DNA of 49,764 nt from an uncultured Gammaproteobacteria bacterium (lineage in GTDB: Bacteria; Pseudomonadota; Gammaproteobacteria; UBA4575): NCBI GenBank assembly GCA_937922735.1, contig CALAJL010000120.1, positions 1-49,764 of the forward strand, written 5' to 3'. Positions 1 to 11,383 of the stretch are shown one piece after another. Both the position numbers and the translations under genes were made by a program. Under the pieces are notes generated by a model. That model did not search any database. It was not told the DNA's origin and saw only the letters and a list, made by a program, of their open reading frames with translations. Each line of letters starts with the position of its first letter. The stretch's first letter is position 1.

Positions 1-79
1 GTCTGAATGAGTTAGCTCTTGATGCCGTTTTATTAGTTTTTCTGGTTCTTTGTTTTGCATGAAAAATTAATGACTTCGA

Positions 80-520
80 TTACGTTCGGATCAAGTGTGT
101 TTTTGAAAACGTGTCATGCCAAGTACGGTGTTGCTTGTCCCATATACTCCAGAAGAATCCGAGTCCTAAGGCTAACCAAGATACTATGGCCATTGCAAAA
201 CGTAATAATGAAGTTTTCCAGGTAACTAAAGAACCGTCTTCATTTACTAGTTTAATTTTCCAGGTGCGCATACCCAATGTTTGCCCGCCATGTGTCCAAA
301 ACCAAGCAAAGAAAAGATATGCAGTAAAGAAGATATACGCTTGAAATAAAAAGAAATATGGGTCTTCAGGTTTGATGCCAGTAGGTATTACGATAATAAA
401 TGAAGCTACGAAAATTACTGTAAGTAATAAAAAGAAATCATAGAGCATTGCGCCAAAACGTCTTCTTAATGAAACATGCTGGTTGTTATTTTGTTGGTTA
501 TCTTTTTTTTGGGTTTGCAT
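80..520 (-). CDS. RDD-family integral membrane protein
   Basis: 146-aa ORF with hydrophobic helices. N-terminal RRRFGAMLYDFFLLL and GQTLGMRTWKIKL segments resemble RDD-domain proteins. Called from motif recollection only. Confidence 0.6.
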   Translation of the reverse strand: MQTQKKDNQQNNNQHVSLRRRFGAMLYDFFLLLTVIFVASFIIVIPTGIKPEDPYFFLFQAYIFFTAYLFFAWFWTHGGQTLGMRTWKIKLVNEDGSLVTWKTSLLRFAMAIVSWLALGLGFFWSIWDKQHRTWHDTFSKTHLIRT

Positions 521-787
521 ATAGAAAGGGTAAAAGCTTGCAAAAGTTGATTTTATTATGTGAAATTCATAGACTAAGGTCTTGCAGGTTAAGTATAGCT
601 ATTTAATCGCTAAAAGATTGAAAATAATTAGAAACGGATTTTGCAGAAGTGAGTTGGTAAGAATTAGCCCAATAGAGTATAGGAGCTACCTTGCGAGTAT
701 ATAAAATTAATATTGCATATTTTTTTCGCAACTGTTTACCCATCCCGATAACATTACTTCAGGTTGCGCGTAAGAAGTTGCATTCTT

Positions 788-1702
788 ATGAGTGATACTT
801 CATACATGCCACCTGATCAGCCTGTTATTGAGGCTTTTCTAGATACATTGTGGGTTGAGCATGGTTTAAGTGAAAATACTTTATCTGCATATCGAAATGA
901 TCTAATTGGTTTGTCTAAGTGGTTATCTAAGGCAACCGTTAATATCACCGAAGCACGTCGAGATCATTTGTTAGATTACTTGTCTTATCGTGTGCAGCAG
1001 GGCAGCATGCCGCGAACATCAGCAAGGCTTTTATCCAGTATTCGACGTTTTTATCGTTATCTTGTGCGCCAAGGGGCCGTTCAAAAAGACCCGTCTTCGC
1101 AAATTGAATTCCCTAAACTCGGTAAACCACTTCCTGAAACTTTATCTGAGGAAGAAGTAGAACGTTTGCTAGCAGCGCCTAATGTTAATAAAGCTCATGG
1201 TGTGCGAGATCGAGCAATGTTGGAAGTGCTTTATGCGTGTGGCTTACGAGTGAGTGAATTAATTGGTTTAACGTTAAGTCAGGTGAACTTAAATCATGGC
1301 GTGATCCGCGTAACCGGTAAAGGTAACAAAGAACGTTTAATTCCATTTGGCGAGCAGGCAAACGAGTGGATTTCACGTTTCATTAATGAAGCGCGTGCTG
1401 ATCTTCTGAAGAATAATCGTCAGAGTGATTCATTATTTGTTTCGAATCGTGGTACAGCAATGACACGCCAAGCGTTTTGGCATTTAATTAAAAAGCATTC
1501 GAAAAATGTGGGTATCACTAAACATCTATCACCGCATACACTTAGGCATGCATTTGCGACTCATTTACTCAATCATGGGGCTGACTTGCGAGTTGTTCAA
1601 ATGTTGCTTGGTCATAGTGATTTGTCTACCACGCAGATCTATACTCATGTTGCCCAGGCGAGATTGCAGGAGTTGCATCAAAAACATCACCCTAGAGGCT
1701 AA
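788..1702 (+). CDS. xerD: Site-specific tyrosine recombinase XerD
   Basis: C-terminal HTLRHAFATHLL...LLGHSDLSTTQIYTHV catalytic box and N-terminal SAM-like domain (LSENTLSAYRNDL). dsbC lies downstream as in E. coli. Start moved from the TTG at 764 to the in-frame ATG at 788 (MSDTSYM...). Confidence 0.9.
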   Translation: MSDTSYMPPDQPVIEAFLDTLWVEHGLSENTLSAYRNDLIGLSKWLSKATVNITEARRDHLLDYLSYRVQQGSMPRTSARLLSSIRRFYRYLVRQGAVQKDPSSQIEFPKLGKPLPETLSEEEVERLLAAPNVNKAHGVRDRAMLEVLYACGLRVSELIGLTLSQVNLNHGVIRVTGKGNKERLIPFGEQANEWISRFINEARADLLKNNRQSDSLFVSNRGTAMTRQAFWHLIKKHSKNVGITKHLSPHTLRHAFATHLLNHGADLRVVQMLLGHSDLSTTQIYTHVAQARLQELHQKHHPRG

Positions 1703-1868
1703 GCCAGTCCTAGTCAGATAATTTGCTTCAGGGCTAGCTCAGCGGGTAATTACTCCACTCCAAAGGATGAAATTATTCTCCAAGATTCGGGTCTTATATA
1801 GTAAGGTTTATATAAGATCATCTATCCAATTCAAATTTACCAATTCAAATATAAATAGGGAAATTTCC

Positions 1869-2597
1869 ATGTATAAGTTAATTGTATCTTTCATTGTCGC
1901 CATATTCTGTGTGCAAGTTGCATCGGCAGGTGAGGCAGAAGATATTGCCAATATCATTGAACGCTTAGAAAAAGTAGCGCCTCAGGATAAGCCAGAATCT
2001 ATAAAACCAACGGCTATTAAAGGATTGTATGAAGTAGTGTTTGGCTCTGACATTTTTTATACCTCTGGTGATGGTCGTTATGTAATACAGGGGGCTTTGG
2101 TTGATTTGGATACCAATGAAAATCTAACAGAAACCACACGTACTGATATTCGTAAAAGTTTAATGGGTAAGCTAAATGAGTCAGAAATGATTGTATTTTC
2201 TCCCGAGAAGACGCGTCATACATTGACCGTATTTACAGATATTGATTGCGGATATTGCCGGAAACTACATGCTGAAATGGAAGAGCTAAATAGCTACGGT
2301 GTAGAAGTGCGTTATATGATGTTTCCACGTAGTGGTCCAAACACCCCGTCATTTCAAAAAGCGGTAAACGTATGGTGTGCAAAAGATCAGCAAATTTCGA
2401 TGACGAAGGCTAAGGCTGGTGAAAGTTTGCCAGAAGCTAATTGTGACAATCCAATTGGTTCGCAATTTAATGTTGGTCAACAGTTGGGGGTAACAGGTAC
2501 TCCTGCATTGCTTTTAGATGATGGCACGCTAATTCCTGGCTATCGCCCAGCAAAAGACTTGGCAGCAATGCTAGACGAGCAAGCAAAAGCAAAATAA
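1869..2597 (+). CDS. dsbC: Thiol:disulfide interchange protein DsbC
   Basis: CGYC thioredoxin-fold active site (DIDCGYCRKLH). There is a signal peptide MYKLIVSFIVAIFCVQVASA if translation starts at the ATG at 1869. The track start at 1767 would add 34 non-signal residues. Confidence 0.85.
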   Translation: MYKLIVSFIVAIFCVQVASAGEAEDIANIIERLEKVAPQDKPESIKPTAIKGLYEVVFGSDIFYTSGDGRYVIQGALVDLDTNENLTETTRTDIRKSLMGKLNESEMIVFSPEKTRHTLTVFTDIDCGYCRKLHAEMEELNSYGVEVRYMMFPRSGPNTPSFQKAVNVWCAKDQQISMTKAKAGESLPEANCDNPIGSQFNVGQQLGVTGTPALLLDDGTLIPGYRPAKDLAAMLDEQAKAK

Positions 2598-2653
2598 GTT
2601 ACTCGAACTACCATTTGCATACTCAATTGATTTGGAAAAATTACTCCAGCACT

Positions 2654-5600
2654 TTATAACGTAAAGTCATAGAGTGCTGGAATGGCTGTAAACAATATTG
2701 ATGCACGGATTGTTTTCTCTGGGTACAGCTTTTTTACGGCATAAATGTATGTGTCGATCTGATGTTGATACTGTTGTGCAGCCTCATGCATAGTATCGGC
2801 GCCCACCTCTCTAGTGGTTTTGTAATCAATTATCCATGCTTGGTTTTTGTCTATTATCAGGTGGTCAATAATTCTATATAAGACTTTTCCATTTTTGATA
2901 AAGCTGATGGGTACTTCTTTTAAAACTTCTTGACCGTTTTTTGAATTAAATATTTGATCAAGACCAGTAGATTCTAAGCAATTCTTAACTTCTAGTACTG
3001 CACTTTCAAATTCCTGCTTTAATAGCTTTATTCCAAGAAAAGATTCTACTTTACTCTTTAGACTTTCAAGTTCTTCTAAGCTTTCTGGCTTTATTAGCTC
3101 AAATATTTTGTGAACTAACGTTCCATAATTCGCATATTCCACGTCTTTCGGGGTGTCTTCATTCTCAGTTGCTTCTTGTACAGGCAATGGTTTGCTTAAG
3201 TCACAGGTGGTTGATGGCTGGTAGGCAGGTTGAGTGGATTCTTTGATTTCAATCGAAGGCAGCGATCCATAACTAGAATTCCATACTGTTAGTTCATTAT
3301 TTTTGAATTCTTCGTTAAGTGCATTACTCATCATGTAGTGCCATGAGTTTTTTGCTGATTGTTTCGAAGCTGTTCCACTGATGTATAAATATTGCTTAGC
3401 GCGTGTAAGCGCAACATATAGTAAGTTTAATTCTTCTTTAGCATGAGTATCTATTTCATTATCAATGATAGATTGTGAAGTTTTATCAATGCTATCTTTT
3501 CTTCCCAATAAGAAGAATTGTTCGGGTCTTCGTGCATGTGACGGCCAAGAGATAATTGACTGATAAGTATGGGGCTGTGGTTTCTTAGGGCCAGTATCGA
3601 CAAGAAATACGACTGGAGACTCAAGTCCCTTGGCTGAATGAATCGTCATTATTTGCACAGCATTTTGGTCTTGCTGAAGTTGCCCGGTGCTTGAGTGAAC
3701 GGTGGGGGGGTTGGTTTGCATGGCGGTTAAGAATGATTGAATGCTGGAATAGCGTCCTGCGTCTAAGTCAAGGCTCAGTTGCAAAAGGGCGATTAAGTTA
3801 TCGATAACTTGAGTGTTTAATCCATCAATATCTTCTTGAGGTAAGCTGCTTGTGTAACGCGACAATAAGTTCGTTTCAAAATAGATGTGATCTAGCAAGT
3901 CATGCACAGGCAATGTGTTTGACATGTCGCGCCAGTTTTGAAGTTGAGCATGGGCATGTTTGGCTACTTCGTTGTTTGAAGTATCGCTATAAGATTTTAG
4001 TTTTTCATGCCAAGAGTCTTCGGGTCGGCTAGCAATTTCCATCATGTCTTGATCGTTCATTGCGTATAAGGGTGAACGAAGTACTTGTGCTAAGGCTAAA
4101 TCATTATGTGATTGGGTCAGATAAGTGAGCAATGAAAGAATATCTTGCACTTCCAGTCTATTTATAAATTCACCATCATATGTGCTGCTGAAAGGGATTT
4201 TTTGTTCACTTAGTGCAAGCTCAAGCTGTGCGAGATGAGTTCGATTTCTGGCAAGGATAAGAATATCTTTATAATTAATCGCCCTTGGGGTTTGCTTGTC
4301 CAATATTGGCGTGGCATTAGAAATTAATTCACTAATATTTTCAGCAACGAGTTGTCCTTCAAGTTGGTGGCTATTGTCTTCAATATTAACTCTAGCTTCT
4401 TGTAATGGGTCACGAAAACCTTGTTGAATTGGTTCTTCGGCATCCTCATGTTCGGCTTGTGTGAGTGCGTGTACTTGTACTTGTCCCCATAGTTCGGATT
4501 GAATAGCTTGATGAGTGTTAAAGTGGTTTAAATCTATATCTTGTTGGGAAAAAACCTTGTTTACAAAATTTATAATTGCGGGAGATGAGCGATATGAATC
4601 ATCTGTTTCCAAAAGTTGCGCATTGAGATTTTCTTTTGCCCACTCAGCAGCAGCAAACTGCAATTCTGAATTCGCGCGTCGAAAACCATAAATGGATTGT
4701 TTCGCGTCCCCAACAAAAAATAAGCTTCGGTGATTGTCATGTGAATCGATAGCAAGTTCGGTCAGCAATGGAAATAGTAAGTTCCACTGAGTAGGGTTTG
4801 TGTCCTGGAATTCATCAATTAAAATATGTTGAATACGTTGGTCTAGCTTGTACTGAATCCAAGCAGCGCTTTCATGTTGATTGAGAAGAAGGTAGGTGTA
4901 CCATTCCAGGTCATCAAAATCTAAAGCATGTTGGCTAAATTTTATTTTTTGATATTCCACTAAGAGCAGATGACCCGCATGAAACCAAGCTTGATTAAAT
5001 TCAAGCAATGACTCTTTTTTGAGCACATCTAAATGGCCTGAAATTCTTTCACATAGAGATGTATGTAAAGAAATAAAAGCTTGTACTTTCTCTGTTCCTA
5101 AGCTTTTTTCAAGGGTCTTACTGGCTTTTATTTCACGCTTCTCCATTTTGCTAGTGAAGAAAATTGTAGTAATTCTATTTACATGGGCATTCTTGATTGG
5201 GCCTTGTTCTAAAACAGATGACAAAATTCCGCTATAAGATATATAGGTCTTCGTTTTGTGGGCAGAAAGATAAGTTAAGTATTCTTCTAATGCGGGGATG
5301 AGCGAGTTTATATCGCTGTCCGTATCATGTTGATTGGGAAAGATGAGTTGTTTTAGGCGGTTGTATGCATACCGATCGGGTTGTTCTTGGTTTTCAGTAA
5401 AACTTCTCCAGTCACTTCTTGAATTAATAAAGGTATCAAGCACTTCATTGACATTATTTACTGTGTTGCAGTGTCGTAACAGTGTAAATAGAGACTTGCT
5501 TAATTCTTGATCGCCTTGCTCTGCGTTTCTAAATAACTTCTTTCGTGCTTCCTGTTTCGTCTCGTCATTATTTTCAATTACGTGAAAGCCAGCGGGTACG

Positions 5601-6016
5601 CCAGCATGTATAGCAAATCGTTTTAGAATGTCCTGACAAAATGCATGAAATGTGGTGATACGTATTTCATACTCAGAAAATAATAATTCCTCATATAATC
5701 TCCTAGCTTTTGCTATGCTTGCGCCATCATGTGGGTGAGATAGGCTTTGCAGAATGGTTTTAACTTGTGAATCTTCTGCTGTCGCCCAATCCGCGAGTAC
5801 TTTCATTAAGCGTTCCTGCATCTCCGTTGCAGCTTTACGAGTGAAAGTGATCGCGAGTATATGAGAGGGTTCTATTCCACTAAGTAATAGTTTAAGTATT
5901 CGATGAACAAGGAGATGAGTTTTACCACTGCCGGCCGATGCAAATACTGCGATATTCTCCTGTGGGTTGATAGCCAGAGCGGTCTTGTCAACGATGGTCT
6001 TGCTAGGATTGACCAT
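2654..6016 (-). CDS. UvrD/Rep-superfamily helicase fused to a PD-(D/E)XK nuclease (AddA/RecB-like)
   Basis: 1120 aa. Walker A is ASAGSGKTHLL and motif II is LIDEFQDTNPTQW. Also present: VGDAKQSIYGFRRA, TIHSAKGLESPVVFL and LLYVALTRAKQYLYI. C-terminal RecB-type nuclease motif AWIIDYKTT. Confidence 0.8.
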   Translation of the reverse strand: MVNPSKTIVDKTALAINPQENIAVFASAGSGKTHLLVHRILKLLLSGIEPSHILAITFTRKAATEMQERLMKVLADWATAEDSQVKTILQSLSHPHDGASIAKARRLYEELLFSEYEIRITTFHAFCQDILKRFAIHAGVPAGFHVIENNDETKQEARKKLFRNAEQGDQELSKSLFTLLRHCNTVNNVNEVLDTFINSRSDWRSFTENQEQPDRYAYNRLKQLIFPNQHDTDSDINSLIPALEEYLTYLSAHKTKTYISYSGILSSVLEQGPIKNAHVNRITTIFFTSKMEKREIKASKTLEKSLGTEKVQAFISLHTSLCERISGHLDVLKKESLLEFNQAWFHAGHLLLVEYQKIKFSQHALDFDDLEWYTYLLLNQHESAAWIQYKLDQRIQHILIDEFQDTNPTQWNLLFPLLTELAIDSHDNHRSLFFVGDAKQSIYGFRRANSELQFAAAEWAKENLNAQLLETDDSYRSSPAIINFVNKVFSQQDIDLNHFNTHQAIQSELWGQVQVHALTQAEHEDAEEPIQQGFRDPLQEARVNIEDNSHQLEGQLVAENISELISNATPILDKQTPRAINYKDILILARNRTHLAQLELALSEQKIPFSSTYDGEFINRLEVQDILSLLTYLTQSHNDLALAQVLRSPLYAMNDQDMMEIASRPEDSWHEKLKSYSDTSNNEVAKHAHAQLQNWRDMSNTLPVHDLLDHIYFETNLLSRYTSSLPQEDIDGLNTQVIDNLIALLQLSLDLDAGRYSSIQSFLTAMQTNPPTVHSSTGQLQQDQNAVQIMTIHSAKGLESPVVFLVDTGPKKPQPHTYQSIISWPSHARRPEQFFLLGRKDSIDKTSQSIIDNEIDTHAKEELNLLYVALTRAKQYLYISGTASKQSAKNSWHYMMSNALNEEFKNNELTVWNSSYGSLPSIEIKESTQPAYQPSTTCDLSKPLPVQEATENEDTPKDVEYANYGTLVHKIFELIKPESLEELESLKSKVESFLGIKLLKQEFESAVLEVKNCLESTGLDQIFNSKNGQEVLKEVPISFIKNGKVLYRIIDHLIIDKNQAWIIDYKTTREVGADTMHEAAQQYQHQIDTYIYAVKKLYPEKTIRASILFTAIPALYDFTL

Positions 6017-6148
6017 ATTAGAATTTTGCTGAATTAAATGTAAGATTTACCATCCGGTTAGCATACTGTTGTAGTTTCATTCCTACAATTACTAAGCACA
6101 TAAACAATACAGTAATTAAATATTAGATTTTTAACTTTGGATAATTAA

Positions 6149-8035
6149 ATGGCAGGGAAATATAACGCTTCAGATATTGAAGTATTGAGTGGATTGGACC
6201 CAGTTCGTAAACGGCCTGGAATGTATACCGATACAACCCGACCCAATCACTTGGCGCACGAGATTATCGATAATAGTGTAGACGAGGCGATATCGGGGTT
6301 TGCAAAGTCTATTGAGATCAAATTGTATAAGGATGGCTCGCTTGAGGTGGCGGATGATGGACGCGGTATGCCGGTTGATAAACATCCAAAGCTTAAACTG
6401 CCAGGTGTAGAGGTTATTCTTAGTACGTTGCATTCGGGAGGTAAGTTTTCAAATAAAAACTACTCATTCTCAGGTGGATTGCACGGCGTAGGCGTTTCAG
6501 TGGTGAATGCTTTGTCAAAGAATCTAGAAATCTGGGTACGTCGTGGCGGCAAAGAATACAACATGGCTTTTAAAGGTGGTAAGAAAAGCTCAAAACTTGA
6601 AGTAGTTGGTTCGGTTGGGCAAAGAACTACTGGAACTACAATTCGCTTTTGGCCAGATGCAAAGTATTTTGAAAGCGATAAGTTTTCTGTTTCTAAGTTA
6701 CTACACACCATGCGTGCTAAGGCGATTCTTTGTCCAGGATTAAAAATTAGTTTCGATGATGAAGTTAACAAGAAGAAACATGAATGGTTTTATGAAGATG
6801 GTCTGAAAGATTATCTGTTGGAATCCATTGAAGGGCTAGAGCGTATACCGCCAGATGCTTTTTGTGAGCATTTTGAAGGTGAGGAAGAGTCCGTTGAATG
6901 GGCGGTTAGTTGGTTATTAGAAGATGGCGAAGGCTTAAAAGAAAGTTATGTAAATCTTGTACCAACTGCACAAGGAGGTACACACGTTTCAGGTTTGCGA
7001 ACAGGATTAACCGAAGCCTTGCGTGAGTTCTGTGAATTTAGAAAATTGTTGCCACGTGGTGTAAAGCTTACGCCTGAAGATGTGTGGGAAAAGCTGTGCT
7101 ATGTATTGTCGGTTAAAATTAAAGAGCCTCAATTTGCGGGTCAAACCAAAGAGCGATTAAGTTCTCGTGAGACCGCTGTATTTGTAGCCGGTGTAGCTAA
7201 AGACTCTTTTGGACATTGGTTAAATCAAAATGCTGAATCTGGTGAATTAATTGCACAACTAGCAATTAGTAATGCTGAGTCTCGTTTACGTAAAAGTAAA
7301 AAAGTTGTTCGCAAGAAAATAGCTAGCGGACCTGCGTTACCAGGCAAGCTTGCAGATTGCACATCAGAAGATCTATCTCGTACTGAATTATTTTTAGTAG
7401 AAGGTGATTCTGCAGGTGGTTCAGCTAAACAAGCACGTGACAGGGTGTATCAAGCTATTATGCCGTTGCGTGGGAAAATACTAAATACATGGGAAGTTTC
7501 TTCTGACCAGGTGTTAGCCTCTCAGGAAGTGCATGATATTTCGGTAGCGATTGGAATTGAACCGGGTAGTTCAGACTTATCTGGTCTACGTTATGGAAAA
7601 ATTTGCGTGCTCGCGGATGCTGATTCGGATGGTTTACACATTGCTACACTTTTATGTGCATTGTTCTTGCAACACTTTCAGACTTTAGTGGAAGCGGGAC
7701 ATGTTTATATGGCGATGCCACCGCTGTATAGAATTGATGTCGGCAAAGAAGTGTTTTACGTGCTGGATGATGAAGAGCAAAAAGGCGTGCTTGACCGCAT
7801 TAAAGCTGAAAAGAAAACGGGCAAAGTTACTATCACACGTTTTAAAGGTTTGGGTGAAATGAATCCCATGCAATTAAGGGAATCAACTATGGCAGTAGAT
7901 ACACGTCGTCTTGTGCAGCTTTCGTTAACCAATGTAAAAGAAACCTTTCAACTAATTGATATGTTGCTAGCCAAGAAGCGCTCAGCTGATAGACGTTCAT
8001 GGCTACAAACGAAAGGTAATTTGGTAGAAATTTAG
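6149..8035 (+). CDS. parE: DNA topoisomerase IV subunit B
   Basis: 628 aa. GHKL ATPase N-terminus ([24 protein letters not shown]), Toprim [15 protein letters not shown] and PLRGKILN motifs. Its length and the parC gene immediately downstream favour ParE over GyrB. Confidence 0.9.
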   Translation: MAGKYNASDIEVLSGLDPVRKRPGMYTDTTRPNHLAHEIIDNSVDEAISGFAKSIEIKLYKDGSLEVADDGRGMPVDKHPKLKLPGVEVILSTLHSGGKFSNKNYSFSGGLHGVGVSVVNALSKNLEIWVRRGGKEYNMAFKGGKKSSKLEVVGSVGQRTTGTTIRFWPDAKYFESDKFSVSKLLHTMRAKAILCPGLKISFDDEVNKKKHEWFYEDGLKDYLLESIEGLERIPPDAFCEHFEGEEESVEWAVSWLLEDGEGLKESYVNLVPTAQGGTHVSGLRTGLTEALREFCEFRKLLPRGVKLTPEDVWEKLCYVLSVKIKEPQFAGQTKERLSSRETAVFVAGVAKDSFGHWLNQNAESGELIAQLAISNAESRLRKSKKVVRKKIASGPALPGKLADCTSEDLSRTELFLVEGDSAGGSAKQARDRVYQAIMPLRGKILNTWEVSSDQVLASQEVHDISVAIGIEPGSSDLSGLRYGKICVLADADSDGLHIATLLCALFLQHFQTLVEAGHVYMAMPPLYRIDVGKEVFYVLDDEEQKGVLDRIKAEKKTGKVTITRFKGLGEMNPMQLRESTMAVDTRRLVQLSLTNVKETFQLIDMLLAKKRSADRRSWLQTKGNLVEI

Positions 8036-8054
8036 AATATTTGATGAATATATT

Positions 8055-10325
8055 ATGAGCGATAACATAGAACTGGATTTTGATCCTTCAGACAAACTGC
8101 CTATTCATGAGTTTGCAGAAAAAGCGTACTTAGAATATTCCATGTATGTAATTCTTGATCGTGCTTTGCCTAATATAGGTGATGGTTTGAAGCCGGTTCA
8201 ACGTAGAATTATCTATGCGATGTCTGAGCTTGGTTTGTCAGCCGTATCGAAACACAAAAAATCAGCTCGAACGGTAGGTGATGTGCTGGGTAAGTATCAT
8301 CCACATGGCGATAGTGCATGCTATGAAGCAATGGTGTTAATGGCGCAATCTTTTTCTTATCGTTATCCACTTATTGATGGTCAAGGAAATTGGGGCTCAA
8401 CAGATGATCCAAAGTCTTTTGCAGCGATGCGTTACACAGAATCACGATTAACACGATACGCGAAAGCTTTGTTGCAAGAGTTAGATCAAGGTACTACGGA
8501 GTGGGTGCCAAATTTTGACGGCACAATGCAAGAGCCACTTGTTTTGCCAGCACGATTACCTAACGTGTTATTAAATGGCGGCATGGGTATTGCAGTGGGA
8601 ATGTCCACTGATATCCCTCCACATAATATCAAAGAGGTGGTAGGAGCTTGCGTACATTTGTTAGATAACCCCAAGGCAACGGTTAAAGAACTTTGTAAAT
8701 TTGTTAAAGGTCCAGACTATCCTACCGATGCTGAAATTATTTCAGACCCGAAAGACATTAAAGAAATTTATGAAACCGGTAATGGTTCAGTACGAATGCG
8801 CGCAGTCTACGTTAAAGAAGGCTCCGATATCATAGTGACTGCTTTGCCACACCAGGTTTCTGGCGCTAAAGTGCTTGAGCAAATCGCACAGCAAATGCAA
8901 GCGAAGAAACTACCAATGGTTCAAGACTTGCGAGATGAGTCTGATCATGAAAATCCTATTCGAATTGTAATCACACCTAAAAGCAACCGTATCAATGTAG
9001 ATGATTTAATGTCTCATCTATTTGCTACGACTGATTTTGAACGTAACTATCGTGCCAATTTAAATATGATTGGTATTGATGGTCGACCCCAAGTTAAAAA
9101 TCTTCGCGATATTCTTAAAGAATGGTTAGTGTTTCGAACAGAAACCGTAAAGCGAAGATTGCAATGGCGTTTAGATAAAGTAGCTAAGCGACTTCATGAA
9201 TTAGAAGGCTTATTGGTTGCGTATCTGAATATTGATGCGGTCATTAAAATTATTCGCACCGAAGATGATCCAAAAGCTAAATTAATTGCTAAGTTCAAAC
9301 TCAGCGATGAGCAGGCTGAATTCATACTGAATTTAAAATTGCGTAATTTGGCAAAGATAGAAGAAATAAAGATTAAAGCCGAGCAAAAAGAATTAAATGC
9401 TGAGCGTAAATCGCTCGAGCAAACGCTAGGCTCTAATGCAAGATTGAAAACATTGGTTAAAAAAGAACTCATTCATGATGCCGAAGAATTTGGGGATGAT
9501 CGTAGATCAAAACTAGTTAAGCGTGATGCAGCTACTGCAATTGATGAGTCTGAGTTAGTTGCATCCGATCCGATAACAGTCGTGTTGTCTCAAAAAGGCT
9601 GGGTGCGTGCTGCGAAAGGCCATGAAGTGAATGCGCGAGAGCTTAACTATAAGTCTGGCGATGCATATCAATCACATGCTTATGGAAAATCAAACCAAAA
9701 TGCCATGTTTTTTGATTCAAGAGGTCGTTGCTATTCGCTACTCGCACATACGTTACCTTCGGCACGTGGACAAGGTGAGCCATTAAGCGGAAAGTTAAAA
9801 CCTGCTGATGGTGCAGTATTTGTAGGGGTGATGATGGGTGATCCTTCTGATTTATATTTGCTCTCAAGCAGTGCTGGTTATGGTTTTGTAGGTAAGCTTG
9901 AAGATATGTTTACGCGAAATCGCGCAGGGAAAGCAGTACTATCAGTTCCAAAGGGTGCTCATGCTATGCCGCCAGTACGTGTGCGGGATATGGAAGAAGA
10001 CTGGGTGATATCCATAGGTTCTGAGGGGAATATGCTAGTGATTCCGATCGGTGATGTGCCATTATTACCAAAAGGTAAGGGTAACAAGATTATAAATATA
10101 CCAAGCAAAAAAGTGGCAGCTGGTGAAGAATCTATGCGTGCCATTGCGCTTGTTCAAGATGGTGAGGCGATTACTTTGTACTCAGGTAAGCGTACTAAGA
10201 AGATGAAAGGTGAAGAAGTTGACACTTTTGAAGGTGAGCGTGGTCAAAGAGGGTTGAAGCTATCTCAAGGATATCGAAGTATTGATGCGGTTGAGGTGCA
10301 CTTCAGAGATGAGGAGCAAGAATAA
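8055..10325 (+). CDS. parC: DNA topoisomerase IV subunit A
   Basis: 756 aa. Has [30 protein letters not shown] and the catalytic [10 protein letters not shown] motif. Lies 19 nt after parE. Confidence 0.9.
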   Translation: MSDNIELDFDPSDKLPIHEFAEKAYLEYSMYVILDRALPNIGDGLKPVQRRIIYAMSELGLSAVSKHKKSARTVGDVLGKYHPHGDSACYEAMVLMAQSFSYRYPLIDGQGNWGSTDDPKSFAAMRYTESRLTRYAKALLQELDQGTTEWVPNFDGTMQEPLVLPARLPNVLLNGGMGIAVGMSTDIPPHNIKEVVGACVHLLDNPKATVKELCKFVKGPDYPTDAEIISDPKDIKEIYETGNGSVRMRAVYVKEGSDIIVTALPHQVSGAKVLEQIAQQMQAKKLPMVQDLRDESDHENPIRIVITPKSNRINVDDLMSHLFATTDFERNYRANLNMIGIDGRPQVKNLRDILKEWLVFRTETVKRRLQWRLDKVAKRLHELEGLLVAYLNIDAVIKIIRTEDDPKAKLIAKFKLSDEQAEFILNLKLRNLAKIEEIKIKAEQKELNAERKSLEQTLGSNARLKTLVKKELIHDAEEFGDDRRSKLVKRDAATAIDESELVASDPITVVLSQKGWVRAAKGHEVNARELNYKSGDAYQSHAYGKSNQNAMFFDSRGRCYSLLAHTLPSARGQGEPLSGKLKPADGAVFVGVMMGDPSDLYLLSSSAGYGFVGKLEDMFTRNRAGKAVLSVPKGAHAMPPVRVRDMEEDWVISIGSEGNMLVIPIGDVPLLPKGKGNKIINIPSKKVAAGEESMRAIALVQDGEAITLYSGKRTKKMKGEEVDTFEGERGQRGLKLSQGYRSIDAVEVHFRDEEQE

Positions 10326-10416
10326 GTTGGGTTAGACTAGTAATAGTAAAGTCTAGACTTAAATATGAGTCAGGTTTTATATGAAGCATTTTCTATAGTT
10401 TTATGAGGATTTACTG

Positions 10417-11301
10417 ATGGGTACACGAATATTTTTATTGATCGCTACAAACTTTGCTGTAGTGGTGGTATTGGGAATTGCGGCACAAGTGTTTGGGTTA
10501 GACAAGATTCTTGCTCAAAATGGTATGTCGGGTCAGTTAACAGGATTATTCATTATGTCTCTATTGATTGGTTTTGGTGGCTCATTTATTTCCTTAGCCA
10601 TCTCAAAGTGGATGGCCAAGCGATCTATGGGGGTGCACATAATCGAACAACCTTCTAATGAATCAGAACAATGGTTAATGGATACCGTTCAACGTCAAGC
10701 TGAACAAGCAAATATCGGTATGCCAGAAGTTGGGATTTTTGACACTCCAGAAGTTAACGCTTTTGCAACAGGAATGAGACGTAATAATGCGTTGGTTGCG
10801 GTAAGTACAGGTTTGTTAAATGCGATGAGTCGAGATGAGGCAGAGGCCGTAATGGCGCATGAGATCAGTCATGTTGCAAATGGAGATATGATTACTATGG
10901 GACTAATACAAGGTGTGTTAAATACCTTTGTAATATTCTTGTCTAGAATTGTAGGAATGCTAGTTGATAAAGCGATCTTTAAATCAAGAAGTGGTTTTGG
11001 TCCTGGTTATTATATTTCCAGTATCATCGCGCAAGTTATATTGGGTGTTTTAGCTTCTATCATTGCAAGCTGGTATTCACGCAGGCGTGAATTTCGTGCT
11101 GATGCAGGTGGTGCCGATTTAGCCGGTAGGGAAAAAATGGCAGCAGCACTAGAGCGATTAAAGGCACAGCATCAACCCGAAGAATTACCAGGTCAGCTTG
11201 CTGCATTTGGAATATCAGGTGGAATGAAAGAAGGATTTAGAAAATTATTCAGCACACATCCGCCTTTAGAAGAGCGTATTGCTGCGCTAAGAAATCATTA
11301 G
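10417..11301 (+). CDS. htpX: Membrane zinc metalloprotease HtpX
   Basis: 294 aa. N-terminal TM helices, HEISHVANGDM (HExxH) motif and C-terminal STHPPLEERI, as in M48 HtpX. Confidence 0.9.
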   Translation: MGTRIFLLIATNFAVVVVLGIAAQVFGLDKILAQNGMSGQLTGLFIMSLLIGFGGSFISLAISKWMAKRSMGVHIIEQPSNESEQWLMDTVQRQAEQANIGMPEVGIFDTPEVNAFATGMRRNNALVAVSTGLLNAMSRDEAEAVMAHEISHVANGDMITMGLIQGVLNTFVIFLSRIVGMLVDKAIFKSRSGFGPGYYISSIIAQVILGVLASIIASWYSRRREFRADAGGADLAGREKMAAALERLKAQHQPEELPGQLAAFGISGGMKEGFRKLFSTHPPLEERIAALRNH

Positions 11302-11383
11302 ATGAAAAAGGCTATAGGGAATTACTTGTAGAAATCACGCTGAAAGTAATTTATAACTAATTAGCGACCAATTAGTAACTGGC

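Noticed and set aside
1-59. Possible 5' end of a minus-strand gene (ATG at 59-57, MQNKEPEKLIKRHQELTHSD..., running off the window) 21 nt downstream of the RDD gene
   Set aside because: Only 19 complete codons (plus a partial one) are visible and no motif is present, so neither coding status nor product can be supported.
764-787. Longest-ORF starts for xerD (764), dsbC (1767), aroC (20033), trpB (31620) and the P450 (43414)
   Set aside because: The N-terminal extensions are non-ATG or add residues that break expected features: the DsbC signal peptide, the conserved AroC and XerD N-termini, a 110-nt overlap with trpF, and the P450 PPGP hinge position. Internal ATG or GTG starts were preferred.
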